From assembly GCA_963765125.1 (NCBI GenBank), contig CAVXUZ010000005.1:427441-482252 (forward strand): a stretch of 54,812 nucleotides of DNA, read 5' to 3'. Positions 10,583 through 20,261 of this stretch are shown piece by piece. Below the pieces are notes generated by a model. It searched no databases, was not told the DNA's origin, and saw only the letters and a list, made by a program, of their open reading frames with translations. Every line of letters starts with the position of its first letter. The stretch's first letter is position 1. Position numbers and translations under genes: made by a program. This DNA comes from an uncultured candidate division WWE3 bacterium. GTDB taxonomy: Bacteria > Patescibacteriota > WWE3 > UBA101185 > UBA10185.

Positions 10583-11826
10583 TTTTTATCTTTTTGTACA
10601 AAGTAAGTAAATAAGGCTGCAATCAATCCTATTACAAAAACCCATCTCCAAGATTCAATAAATTGAAATACAAAGATTAGAAAACCGGTGATAATCACAG
10701 AGCCGGAGTGAAATATTATTTCTCTAAAAAGAATATAGTCCGACCCACCCTGTTTTTTAGCCTTATCATACATCGTTGAAAGTAGAGGGATGTGCATTGC
10801 ACCAGACATAAACCTGTCTGTTATATCTAGGGCATAAAGCAGCGGGGCATTTAAAAATAGCATTTTTGGAATATATAAAACACTCATCGTTATTGACCCC
10901 AACTTATGCATTGCTTGAGGGCCATGCTTTTCAATATATTTTCCAATGTACAAAACCGAAAAAGACGAAAGTAAAAATGAAATTGTATTAATAAAACCAA
11001 ATTTCGCAAAATTTGTCAGAGTAAAATAAAGCAACACAGGCCAAAAGGTTGTATACACCATGGTATCCACACCCTCAGCAAAATAACCAACCATAACCGT
11101 CTTGTACTTTTTATTAAAAATATAATCTTTAAATACCCTCTTTATGTTATGTTCTCTATGTTCCCATTCATGCACAACAAATATAATTGGCAACGCCGAA
11201 ACTATCAAGGTAACTATACCTACAGCAAACAACGTGTCAAAACCGTAATTAACTATAATGAGTCCCCCAATTGCTGGTGAAACTCCTGAGACAAGTCGCG
11301 CCCAAAAAAATCTTGAACTTGTACTTTTTCCATAATTTTTATTCGTTGCATCTTCAGACTTTCTAAGAAAAAATACATGATAAGGAATCCAATAGAGCGC
11401 ACAAGAAATACCTGCTAGAAATCCCGCAACAATAATTAAATATAAGTTGTACTGTGCTAGGTTGGTAACAAACATCTCAAGAGCTAAAACGACTGCGCTT
11501 ATTACCATAGACAATTGAAAATGAAGTTTTGAAAATATTGTATTGCTAAAAAAGAGCACCATTAGTACAACAAATAGCGATCTCAAAAGATAATACGCCA
11601 TAATCCATGAAAACCCGTTTAGAATCTGGTTGTCACTAAAAAACGGGTAGTTCAAGGATAGGTTGTAAATGTAAAGTGGAATAAAAACACCAACTATTGA
11701 GATGGCCACTGATCTTAATGTATTTGATAACAGTAAAGAACCAGGTTCGGTTAAATGCACTGATGATTTATATGTATGGTGAAAAGGCGAATGTAGATGT
11801 GAAAATAAATTAAATGTTAGTGGCAC
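10579..11826 (-). CDS. Polytopic membrane protein, MFS-like transporter candidate
   Basis: 415 aa with about 12 hydrophobic segments. Family not confidently recognised. Confidence 0.5.
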   Translation of the reverse strand: MPLTFNLFSHLHSPFHHTYKSSVHLTEPGSLLLSNTLRSVAISIVGVFIPLYIYNLSLNYPFFSDNQILNGFSWIMAYYLLRSLFVVLMVLFFSNTIFSKLHFQLSMVISAVVLALEMFVTNLAQYNLYLIIVAGFLAGISCALYWIPYHVFFLRKSEDATNKNYGKSTSSRFFWARLVSGVSPAIGGLIIVNYGFDTLFAVGIVTLIVSALPIIFVVHEWEHREHNIKRVFKDYIFNKKYKTVMVGYFAEGVDTMVYTTFWPVLLYFTLTNFAKFGFINTISFLLSSFSVLYIGKYIEKHGPQAMHKLGSITMSVLYIPKMLFLNAPLLYALDITDRFMSGAMHIPLLSTMYDKAKKQGGSDYILFREIIFHSGSVIITGFLIFVFQFIESWRWVFVIGLIAALFTYFVQKDKN

Positions 11827-11844
11827 AGACTATAATTATAAGAT

Positions 11845-13485
11845 TTACTGCGTACTTTTAAAGTCTTTTATTACTATATCAATATATGCATTACCGTTAT
11901 AAATATTTTCTTTTACTGTGTAGACGATATCAACCTTGCTACCTACCTCAAACTGCTGAAGCAAATCGCCATGATTAAATAGAATTCCTTTGAAGGTGTT
12001 GTTTGCCCCCAATAACCTTACCGCAAGATGATTGTTTTCACGCCCAAATGTATTTACAGACGCTACACCAACATTCTTACTAGCAAATACTGGTTCGTCA
12101 TTGCCTATTCCAAAAGGTTTTAGCCCTTTAAGACTTTCTAAGAAATTTAAATCAATAATTTCGAGGGGAATTGCTAAATCTATATTAATCACTTTTACCA
12201 ACATATCATCGGTAATGTTTTGCTCAGCGTATTCCATTAATTTTTCTTCTAATACAGGAATGTTTTCTGATAAGATACTGAAACCTGCCGCCATCGGATG
12301 ACCGCCCAAATTATCAAATAGATAATCAAATTTACGAAGTACCTCAATTATATTAATTGACGGAATTGACCTGACCGAGCCTTTTGCTAGATTATTTCCT
12401 GTGCCTATGACGATCGCAGGACGGTTGTATTTTTGAACTATTTTTGAAGCAACGAGCCCAATAATTCCTTCGTGGTAATTCTGGTCTTGAGAAATAATAA
12501 TCTTTGGGAGTTTTTTACCGCCAAGTTCTGACGCGAGCCCATACATTTCTTCTGTTTTATCTTGCCTTTCAGAATTAATTTTGTTTAAATCCCATGCCAA
12601 CGTTTTTACAACCTCAAGATCTTTTTCAATAAGAAGGTTTAATGATTTTGATGCGTCGTCAACTCTTCCGCTCGCGTTGAGTCTTGGGCCAATGAGCCAA
12701 CCTAAATCGTAAGTATTTACGTCATTGCCTTTTTTTCCACCTAATTTTAGTAATTCATCAAAAGCTAAGGGCAATTTTTGGTTAATGCTCTCAAGTCCAA
12801 ATTTTACAATTGATCGGTTAAAGCCTACCAACGGTTGCAAATCGGTTACCGTTGCTAGGCATGCATATGCTAAATATGTTTCGTCTTTTGCCCCCAACGT
12901 CTTTGCAAGTAACCACGCAATAGACGAACCAACTATTGAGTCGTTCCACAAAATTATGTCTGCTTGAGGTAGTATTTCTGGTTTTTGGTGATGGTCGGTA
13001 ATAATGATGTCATGTCCTAAACCTTTGATGTAATCCGCAGCGGCAACCGCAGTAATTCCACTATCGACAGTAATGAACAACGCGGTGTCATCGCTGTCGA
13101 CTAAGGCTAACGCTGCGTCAATCGACCCTTTAGAAAGACCATAGCCATGAGTAAATCTATTAGGAATAAAGGTGCTAACGTTATCGTAGTTGAGTTCGGT
13201 TTTAATCGTTGAAAATAAAATAGCTGCCGCGCACACACCGTCGACGTCATAATCACCATGCACAATAATTGGTGCGCCTGTAGAAATGGCCTTTGTAATC
13301 TGATCTCTGGCTATTTTCAAGGAATCTAAAAATTCATGAGGCAGTAGCTTAAACCAATATCCCAATGAAGGTGGATTTAAAAATATTTCTCTTTGTTCTG
13401 GTGAATCAAATCCTCGATTTTCTAAAACCCTATCGATAGCGTTTTTTCCATCAGTTGCCTCACCCAAGATATTCCACTTGTACAT
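11845..13485 (-). CDS. recJ: Single-stranded-DNA-specific exonuclease RecJ
   Basis: DHH-family motifs (HGDYDVDG, ITDHHQ) and DHHA1 GGHPMAAG. 546 aa. Confidence 0.92.
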   Translation of the reverse strand: MYKWNILGEATDGKNAIDRVLENRGFDSPEQREIFLNPPSLGYWFKLLPHEFLDSLKIARDQITKAISTGAPIIVHGDYDVDGVCAAAILFSTIKTELNYDNVSTFIPNRFTHGYGLSKGSIDAALALVDSDDTALFITVDSGITAVAAADYIKGLGHDIIITDHHQKPEILPQADIILWNDSIVGSSIAWLLAKTLGAKDETYLAYACLATVTDLQPLVGFNRSIVKFGLESINQKLPLAFDELLKLGGKKGNDVNTYDLGWLIGPRLNASGRVDDASKSLNLLIEKDLEVVKTLAWDLNKINSERQDKTEEMYGLASELGGKKLPKIIISQDQNYHEGIIGLVASKIVQKYNRPAIVIGTGNNLAKGSVRSIPSINIIEVLRKFDYLFDNLGGHPMAAGFSILSENIPVLEEKLMEYAEQNITDDMLVKVINIDLAIPLEIIDLNFLESLKGLKPFGIGNDEPVFASKNVGVASVNTFGRENNHLAVRLLGANNTFKGILFNHGDLLQQFEVGSKVDIVYTVKENIYNGNAYIDIVIKDFKSTQ

Positions 13486-13487
13486 TT

Positions 13488-14405
13488 TTAAGCTTTCTTT
13501 TTTCTCTTAAGAATGGCATTTTCCCAAATTATTAAAATTGGGCTTGCCGTAAATATCGATGAATAGGTTCCTGAAATTATTCCGATGAGCAAAGCAAAAA
13601 CAAAATACCTGATGCTTTCTCCTCCAAGAATAAATAATGATAAAAGTGTAACTAAAACTGTTAATGACGTTGCAAAAGACCTATTGAGTGTTTCGACTAT
13701 TGAATAATTTACAACTTGATCAAAAGACCAACTCGTCGGTAATTTTTTTAAGTTTTCACGAATTCTATCAAAAACGACGATTGTGTCGTGAACTGAAAAA
13801 CCAATTACCGTCAGGGTGGCGGTCATAAAAAGTACGTCTACCTGTACGTTTAAAAATTTTCCAAGAATTGAAAATACACCTATTAGTAAAAGCGCGTCGT
13901 GTAGCATTGCAATGATGGCGCTTATACCAAATCTAATGCTTGAGAATGGTTTGGGAATGTTTCTAAACGCGTAGGCAATGTAAAGCATTATTGCTAACGA
14001 AGCAGCACCTAAAGCCTTAAACGCGTTGGTTGTTGTTTCTAATCCTATTGTTGGTCCGATTGTCTCAAACGAGCTTACTTCTACTGTAGGGGTAACTAAT
14101 TTTATTTCAGCTGTTACTTCATCGAATGCCGATGTTTCTATTTGCTTAGTTCTTATCTCAATTATTGGAGGGGCGTTGTAAATTTCTAGAACTTCAATAT
14201 TTTTTGCTTCGAATACTTTTTTTACATTGTCTTTAAATTCATCGTACTTTTGCTCTTCACCAATAAATTTATATTTGATAACAGAGCCACCTGTAAATTC
14301 AGCAGAAAGATTTAAACCAAATAAAAGCAACGAGATAATTCCAGGAATTAATAACACTCCAGAAATTATCAGATATATTTTTTTGTGCTTCATTAAATCC
14401 CACAT
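13488..14405 (-). CDS. secF: Protein translocase subunit SecF
   Basis: Six-TM SecF-like sequence directly after secD. Confidence 0.9.
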   Translation of the reverse strand: MWDLMKHKKIYLIISGVLLIPGIISLLLFGLNLSAEFTGGSVIKYKFIGEEQKYDEFKDNVKKVFEAKNIEVLEIYNAPPIIEIRTKQIETSAFDEVTAEIKLVTPTVEVSSFETIGPTIGLETTTNAFKALGAASLAIMLYIAYAFRNIPKPFSSIRFGISAIIAMLHDALLLIGVFSILGKFLNVQVDVLFMTATLTVIGFSVHDTIVVFDRIRENLKKLPTSWSFDQVVNYSIVETLNRSFATSLTVLVTLLSLFILGGESIRYFVFALLIGIISGTYSSIFTASPILIIWENAILKRKKKA

Positions 14406-14406
14406 A

Positions 14407-15792
14407 TTATTTTGCCTTACTAACGTTTCCTATGTTAAATACTTCAATTAAAGTACGAACGACAAATATTGATGTAAACAAAGAAATAATAATTCCAATC
14501 GCGAGTGTTAGAGCAAAACCTTTTACAGGACCCGTTCCGAATTGAAAAAGAATATAAGACGTAATTAATGATGAAACGTTTGAATCCCTAATTGATGACC
14601 ATGCGCGTTCAAAACCGTGCTTAATGGCTAAATTCGAAGGCTTGCCCCAGGCAATTTCTTCTTTAATTCTTTCGAAAATCAAAATGTTCGCGTCGCTAGC
14701 CATTCCTATAGATAAAATTAACCCAGCTATACCGGGAAGTGTTAGAACTACAGGCACAACCTTAAAGACAGCAAGAACAATTGTCGAATAGATTAAAAGA
14801 GATAAGCTGGCTAAAATTCCCATTCTTCTGTAGCTATAAATTAAAAATATTAATACCAGAGCTAACCCAACCAACCCTGCAAAGAGACTTTTTGTTACAG
14901 ATTCTTCACCAAGTGTTGCTCCGATTGTTTTTTGTTCAACAACGTTAACTGAGATTGGCAATGCACCAGCTCTAATTTGCACCGAAAGCGCTTTTGCCTG
15001 CTCGACGTCAAAGTTACCGGTGATTACTGGGTCGCCGGTAAGTCCCTGCGCAAGTTGTGCATCCACTACCGCCATTGAAATTGGTGTGGTTTCTTGGTCT
15101 AAATAAATTGCGATAGGTTTACCAACATTTTTCTTTGCAACTTCTGAAAATTTTGCTTGGCCTTCTTCTGAAAATCTTATTTGAATTTGAGGGGATGTAT
15201 TACCCGCCGATGCCTCGCGCGATCCAAAAACCATATCTGCACCAATTAAATCAGAGCCGGTAACGCCTGTTTCTTCCCAAACGGATGGATTGAAATAATA
15301 GTCTTGAAATTTTTCTGGGTCCCACGGTGTTTCTGCGTTTAGCGTTTTAAATTTTAATTTTGCTGTAGAACCAATTAATGATATTGCGTCGGTAATATTA
15401 GCAACACCTGGAATTTCAACAATTATTCTGTGCTTATCACCAACCTTATTAGAAGCGATCAGCGGTTCTGATACACCAAGTAGATTAACACGACGTTCTA
15501 TAACTATGACCGCAGATTCTACAGCGCTATTGTAGTTTTGTGGCTCAATGCCTGTCATATCAGCCTCTAGAACTATTTTCACGCCACCATTGAGATCTAA
15601 TCCCTTTTTAAATTCTGTGAAATCGAAATTATAACGTCCACCAAAGAAGCTAAATGTATAACCCCCAATGAACGAGTCCAACTTCAACCATCGGTTGTCG
15701 CTTTTGAGCTGAATACGTGGCAATGCAATTAATAAACTTATTGCTGCGACGCTTGATATTAATCCTAAACGAAAGTATAGATTTTTGAACAT
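14407..15792 (-). CDS. secD: Protein translocase subunit SecD
   Basis: Periplasmic P1 domain plus C-terminal TM bundle (e.g. SDANILIFERIKEE). Confidence 0.9.
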   Translation of the reverse strand: MFKNLYFRLGLISSVAAISLLIALPRIQLKSDNRWLKLDSFIGGYTFSFFGGRYNFDFTEFKKGLDLNGGVKIVLEADMTGIEPQNYNSAVESAVIVIERRVNLLGVSEPLIASNKVGDKHRIIVEIPGVANITDAISLIGSTAKLKFKTLNAETPWDPEKFQDYYFNPSVWEETGVTGSDLIGADMVFGSREASAGNTSPQIQIRFSEEGQAKFSEVAKKNVGKPIAIYLDQETTPISMAVVDAQLAQGLTGDPVITGNFDVEQAKALSVQIRAGALPISVNVVEQKTIGATLGEESVTKSLFAGLVGLALVLIFLIYSYRRMGILASLSLLIYSTIVLAVFKVVPVVLTLPGIAGLILSIGMASDANILIFERIKEEIAWGKPSNLAIKHGFERAWSSIRDSNVSSLITSYILFQFGTGPVKGFALTLAIGIIISLFTSIFVVRTLIEVFNIGNVSKAK

Positions 15793-15794
15793 GT

Positions 15795-16376
15795 TTACAC
15801 GATTGAGCAGAACTCTTCTTCATCACCTACAAGCATTGTTCGACTTTGAGTTAAAACTTTTGAAACAAAGTGATCGTTTTTTCTTTTTCTAAACATAAAA
15901 TCTTCTTCTGACATTACCGAGTAGTTAATTTCTCTATTCATTTCACGCTCAGCTGTAGCAACAATTTTCTTTAACAGTTCTAAATCCAAGCTACCTACCA
16001 AAAAAAGATCTACGTCTAAAACAGTTGATTTTCTTCCTTTTAAGAATGCTGTAGACAATACTGCGTATTTTACATTACCAAGCTCTTTTTTATTATTCAA
16101 GATTGTTGCACCCACACCCTCTTCTTTTGCTACTAACGATAGAAGTTCTGAATAATATAGGTGAGACGAATCTGCGGTGTAATAAATTCTGTTTCCACTC
16201 TGCCTTTTTCTTAATAACCCCATTGTTTCAAGCTTTGCGAGCTCTCTTCTTACCGCGTTTATTTCAGCGTCGACTGCGCGTACTATTGCTCTAACATGAA
16301 ACTGATCATGAGGCCTTGTGAGCATCAATCTCAATATTCTTAACCTAACTTCCGATACAAATAAATCTTTTAACAT
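15795..16376 (-). CDS. Winged-helix (ArsR-like) transcriptional regulator with C-terminal extension
   Basis: The N-terminal segment RLRILRLML...AINAVRRELAKLETMGLLRKRQSGNRIYY is a wHTH pattern. Confidence 0.6.
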   Translation of the reverse strand: MLKDLFVSEVRLRILRLMLTRPHDQFHVRAIVRAVDAEINAVRRELAKLETMGLLRKRQSGNRIYYTADSSHLYYSELLSLVAKEEGVGATILNNKKELGNVKYAVLSTAFLKGRKSTVLDVDLFLVGSLDLELLKKIVATAEREMNREINYSVMSEEDFMFRKRKNDHFVSKVLTQSRTMLVGDEEEFCSIV

Positions 16377-16399
16377 ATTTTTAGCCTTGGGCAGCTAAA

Positions 16400-17593
16400 T
16401 TAATTAAATACAACCTGTTCAACATTTCTGTCAGGGACAATACTTATCCAAAACTGCCCTCTGTTGAACTGAATTTGGTTTCCATCTTTATCATAGAACA
16501 TGGTTCTTGCATCCCTTTCTGATTTTGACCATGTTGCCTCAATTACTTTTCCATCAATAAATACTAAACCTGTGCCACTACCTACCAGCTCGTATTCGAG
16601 TCGGCTTTTGTCGTCGCCTTCAACTGGAGTTTCTGCAGCAAATTGAACAATTAGATTTTTTACTTCTATCTGCGTGTCTGTCTTTTCTTGGTCTTTATGT
16701 GGTATTGGTTGATCGTTTTCATCATATCCCATAAATCTTAGGTATGTATTTTTTTCTTGGTTATATTTAAAGATTGCTGAGTAATCGCCCTTATCCCAAA
16801 AATCGATCGATATGTTATTTGCAGTAGGTTTATCAGCATATTTATCTATACCATCTTTAAATTCCCAAATAACTGTATCGCGAGTTCCGTCCCAACCAAG
16901 TGTGGTACTAATTTCTCGTAGTTCAACTCCATTTGTATAGGCAGTGTGCTCGATCGCAACGTCTCTTGGGTTATCTCTCCAAAATGTTCCTCCACCTCGG
17001 CCAAGACTTCTAACCGGCCACGTTTCAATTGCCTCTAACGCTTGTGGAGACCAGCCGATGTGCATAATCATCGCGTCACCTAACTCTTTTACTAATACTA
17101 AGTAATATTCTCTGGTGCTTCTTACCGGACCAATCTTTTCAGGTGTATTGCTTTCAAAAAAAGCTAAAAATCTTGTAATTCCGCCCTCAGCAACAATTTC
17201 ATAAACTAAATCGGCAGAAATTAATCCTGATTGAGGTCTCGCATCAGTAAAATTGTTTACCATAACAGCAAGAGGGCGATTGTTTATCCACGGCGCTTCA
17301 GAAGGAACATATTTAACACCTGTTAGCGGGTTTAGTACGTATTCTCCCTCAGGTAGATTGTCTGCGTTTGTGTGGTTGCCATTGTCACCCGTAGGATTGC
17401 GTAAAACAAAAAACCACAACAAGCCAAATGCAACAATCGCTAAAATAGATCCTATTACAATGGGAATAATTGGTTTTTTCTTTTTTATAGGCTCGCCAAC
17501 AACAAATGATGAAACTTGGGGGACGTCGTGAACTTGTTCCTGAGAGACATTTTTATCTTTCATCTCCATAAATACATTATATATTGAGTACAA
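16400..17593 (-). CDS. DUF3048 (YerB-like) membrane-anchored protein
   Basis: Has GLISADLVYEIVAEGGITRFLAFF and overall YerB-like organisation behind a TM anchor. Confidence 0.65.
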   Translation of the reverse strand: MYSIYNVFMEMKDKNVSQEQVHDVPQVSSFVVGEPIKKKKPIIPIVIGSILAIVAFGLLWFFVLRNPTGDNGNHTNADNLPEGEYVLNPLTGVKYVPSEAPWINNRPLAVMVNNFTDARPQSGLISADLVYEIVAEGGITRFLAFFESNTPEKIGPVRSTREYYLVLVKELGDAMIMHIGWSPQALEAIETWPVRSLGRGGGTFWRDNPRDVAIEHTAYTNGVELREISTTLGWDGTRDTVIWEFKDGIDKYADKPTANNISIDFWDKGDYSAIFKYNQEKNTYLRFMGYDENDQPIPHKDQEKTDTQIEVKNLIVQFAAETPVEGDDKSRLEYELVGSGTGLVFIDGKVIEATWSKSERDARTMFYDKDGNQIQFNRGQFWISIVPDRNVEQVVFN

Positions 17594-17679
17594 AAATTGT
17601 CTATATTTATATCTATAGTGTAGTTTTTCCCAATGTCATATTTTAAACACACGGCTGTTTTATATTGCAATAACAACAA

Positions 17680-19488
17680 TTATAGTTTTTTGAGCCTTTT
17701 TGCTAAAGAAATTGTGTCGTCGAGATACTTTTCGACTTCAACTAGCCCTATTTGCCAAAAAGTTTTGTCGGCGATGTCTATACCCATCTCTGAAAATATA
17801 TTTTTTGGTGATTTTGAAATGCCCGCTGAAAGAAAAACTTTAACGTTATCAATAAAAGACGCGCCATCTCTCACTTTTGTTTGTAAATATTTAGAAATTA
17901 ACAATCCACTTGCGTAAGAGTAAACATAAAAATAATTTCTGAAGTGACTTACATAAGTCCACCAATTTTCTGATCCTTCTGAGGCGCCACCCATGTACGC
18001 AGACATTTTTTCTTTAAACATTTGTCCAATTTCTACAGCGGTTAAATATCCTTTTTCTCTAAATTTCTTATGTAAGGAAGATTCAAACAAATAAAATGCG
18101 GCTTGCCTAAAAATTGTTGAAATATCTGAATCAAGTTTCATCATTCTGATTGATAGTTTCTCTTCGTCGCTTACATTTTCGTAAAGTTTCTCTAAGACGA
18201 AGTCCTCAACGAAAGTACTCGCTACTTCGGCGGTTGAGGTTGGGGTGTCAAAGTTAAGTTCGTTTTGAGCCTGTTTGATGAGTTCGTTGTTTATACCGTG
18301 GCCAACTTCATGCGCAATTGTTAGCACATCATTAAACCTATCAGTATGATTAAGTAGAATATATGTTGGCATCAGCTTGGTTCCATGCGTACAAAATGCT
18401 CCCCCAGACTTTCCTGCTTTAGGAAATACATCGATTTGACCGTTATCGATAAATTTTTTAAAAATTTCTGCGAATTCGTTGTCAAGTTTGGTTAACGATT
18501 CAAAAACGAGTTCTACAGATTTATCAAATGGGTATTTTTCTTTGAGCGAACCGTATTCAACGCTACGTTCAAAGTATTTTAGTTTTTCTTGACCAAGAAG
18601 CTTTGCTTTAAAATCATAATATTTCTTTGCAATATAAAATTTTTCCTCAACGGCTTTAATAAGTTTATCTACGACTTCGGTCTCAATGTCGTCTTCAACA
18701 TGTCTACTCTCGTCGTAACGTTTATAACCTCTTAGCTTGTCCATCGCCGTTTTATCTTCTAACACGGTATTCATTTCGATCTCGATTACGTCTAAATGTT
18801 TTAGAAATACTTTTTCAATCTCTTCTGCGGATTTAGTACGAATTTCTTTGTTCTCAGAAGAAATCAGCGCAAGAGCTTCGTTAAAGGGCAATTTAACCAA
18901 TTTTCCGTCTGAGTCAATTACCTCAAGTATTTCTTTAGACAATAGTTCAGAGACCATATTCACCCAATTATCAAATGCTGTTTTTGCTGTAATATTTAAA
19001 ATTTTTTCTTCTGCGTCTGTAAGTGTGTATTTTCCTTGTATAAATAGAATCTCTAGCAGATGCCTGTATTCTTTAAGATCATCACTTTTTAAAAATGCTT
19101 CTTGTTTTTCTTTTGGAATTTTACTCACTCCAAGCATAAAAAATTGAATTTCATTTCCCATTTCAACACTTTTCTCACTCAGTTTATTTATTTTTGCTTT
19201 GAGATCTGGGTTACTTTGTTCGAGCGCACTTCTTAGACCTAGATAGTAGTTAGCACTTCCTGCTATTCCGTACTTTTCAGCCCACCTCTCATATTCATCT
19301 AGAGCTTCTTTAAGTATTTTGGGGTTTTCTAGATAATCGCTACGATTTTTCCATTTTGATGTAAATTTAATAATTTCTTGTTCAGAGGTTTTAATATCGC
19401 TATCTATTTTGCCATCTGTGTCGGAATCATACAAGGGCGTTAAATCCCACTCCATTTTTCTTGTTTTCACCGGATTTTTGCTATTCAT
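17680..19488 (-). CDS. pepF: Oligoendopeptidase F (M3B metallopeptidase)
   Basis: HEVGH zinc motif (TIAHEVGHGINN). 602 aa, PepF-like length. Confidence 0.9.
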   Translation of the reverse strand: MNSKNPVKTRKMEWDLTPLYDSDTDGKIDSDIKTSEQEIIKFTSKWKNRSDYLENPKILKEALDEYERWAEKYGIAGSANYYLGLRSALEQSNPDLKAKINKLSEKSVEMGNEIQFFMLGVSKIPKEKQEAFLKSDDLKEYRHLLEILFIQGKYTLTDAEEKILNITAKTAFDNWVNMVSELLSKEILEVIDSDGKLVKLPFNEALALISSENKEIRTKSAEEIEKVFLKHLDVIEIEMNTVLEDKTAMDKLRGYKRYDESRHVEDDIETEVVDKLIKAVEEKFYIAKKYYDFKAKLLGQEKLKYFERSVEYGSLKEKYPFDKSVELVFESLTKLDNEFAEIFKKFIDNGQIDVFPKAGKSGGAFCTHGTKLMPTYILLNHTDRFNDVLTIAHEVGHGINNELIKQAQNELNFDTPTSTAEVASTFVEDFVLEKLYENVSDEEKLSIRMMKLDSDISTIFRQAAFYLFESSLHKKFREKGYLTAVEIGQMFKEKMSAYMGGASEGSENWWTYVSHFRNYFYVYSYASGLLISKYLQTKVRDGASFIDNVKVFLSAGISKSPKNIFSEMGIDIADKTFWQIGLVEVEKYLDDTISLAKRLKKL

Positions 19489-19578
19489 AAGTAAGATTAT
19501 AACAGCATTTACCCAATTTTTACTGTTGTATAAACCTATTTATAGGTTGCCACTGTAAGACTAAATTGCCATCACCCA

Positions 19579-19607
19579 TTTGACACAGGCGATGCTGCGT
19601 GTTATAT
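19579..19607 (+). promoter_or_regulatory. Sigma-70-type promoter of the greA leader
   Basis: TTGACA-N17-TATATT, about 105 nt upstream of the greA ATG. Confidence 0.55.
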
Positions 19608-19628
19608 TTCGTAGGTTAAAAATTCAAA

Positions 19629-19655
19629 GCCCCAATTTGAGGGGTGTTTGTTTTT
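19629..19655 (+). terminator. Terminator-like hairpin inside the greA 5' leader
   Basis: GCCCC-AATTTGA-GGGGT followed by GTTTGTTTTT, between the predicted promoter and the greA start. Confidence 0.45.
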
Positions 19656-19712
19656 AGAAAGTACTTCCCAGAATTTATTAATTTTAAAACTTACTAAATC
19701 GGGAAATTAAAA

Positions 19713-20174
19713 ATGACTAACACAGATTTATATATAACTAAAGAAGGTTTGAAGAAATTAAAAGACGAGCTCGCAGAGCTGGTCGACGTTCGACGTCCAG
19801 AAATTGCTCAAAAGATTAAAGAAGCAAGAGAAATGGGTGATATTTCTGAAAACGCAGCTTACGACGAAGCAAAAAGAGAACAATCATTCACCGAAGGAAA
19901 AATAACCGAACTTGAGGACATTATAAAAACTTCAAAAGTTGCAAGTGGTGTTGAAATTGGTTCTATCACAGTTGGATCAAAAGTTAGAGTTCACATCGAC
20001 GGCGATGAAGAAGAATTTCACATTGTTGGTGCACCAGAAGCAGACCCACTTGAAAAGAAAATTTCACACGAGTCACCACTGGGCGCCGCTTTACTTGGTA
20101 AAAAAATTGGCGACAAAGTCGAAGTTGACGCTCCAATAGGAAAACTTATATACACAGTGTTGCGTATTGGATAA
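19713..20174 (+). CDS. greA: Transcription elongation factor GreA
   Basis: Has ISENAAYDEAKREQ and GreA coiled-coil plus FKBP-like C-domain length. 153 aa. Confidence 0.95.
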   Translation: MTNTDLYITKEGLKKLKDELAELVDVRRPEIAQKIKEAREMGDISENAAYDEAKREQSFTEGKITELEDIIKTSKVASGVEIGSITVGSKVRVHIDGDEEEFHIVGAPEADPLEKKISHESPLGAALLGKKIGDKVEVDAPIGKLIYTVLRIG

Positions 20175-20203
20175 TCCTCAAAGGTTTATCTTTGCTACAC
20201 ACT

Positions 20204-20229
20204 AAAAAACGCCACTGAGGCGTTTTTTT
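20204..20229 (+). terminator. Intrinsic terminator after greA
   Basis: AAAAAACGCC-ACTGA-GGCGTTTTTTT. Confidence 0.8.
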
Positions 20230-20261
20230 ATTGGGTAAAAAGTGTTAAATTAGATAGTATT

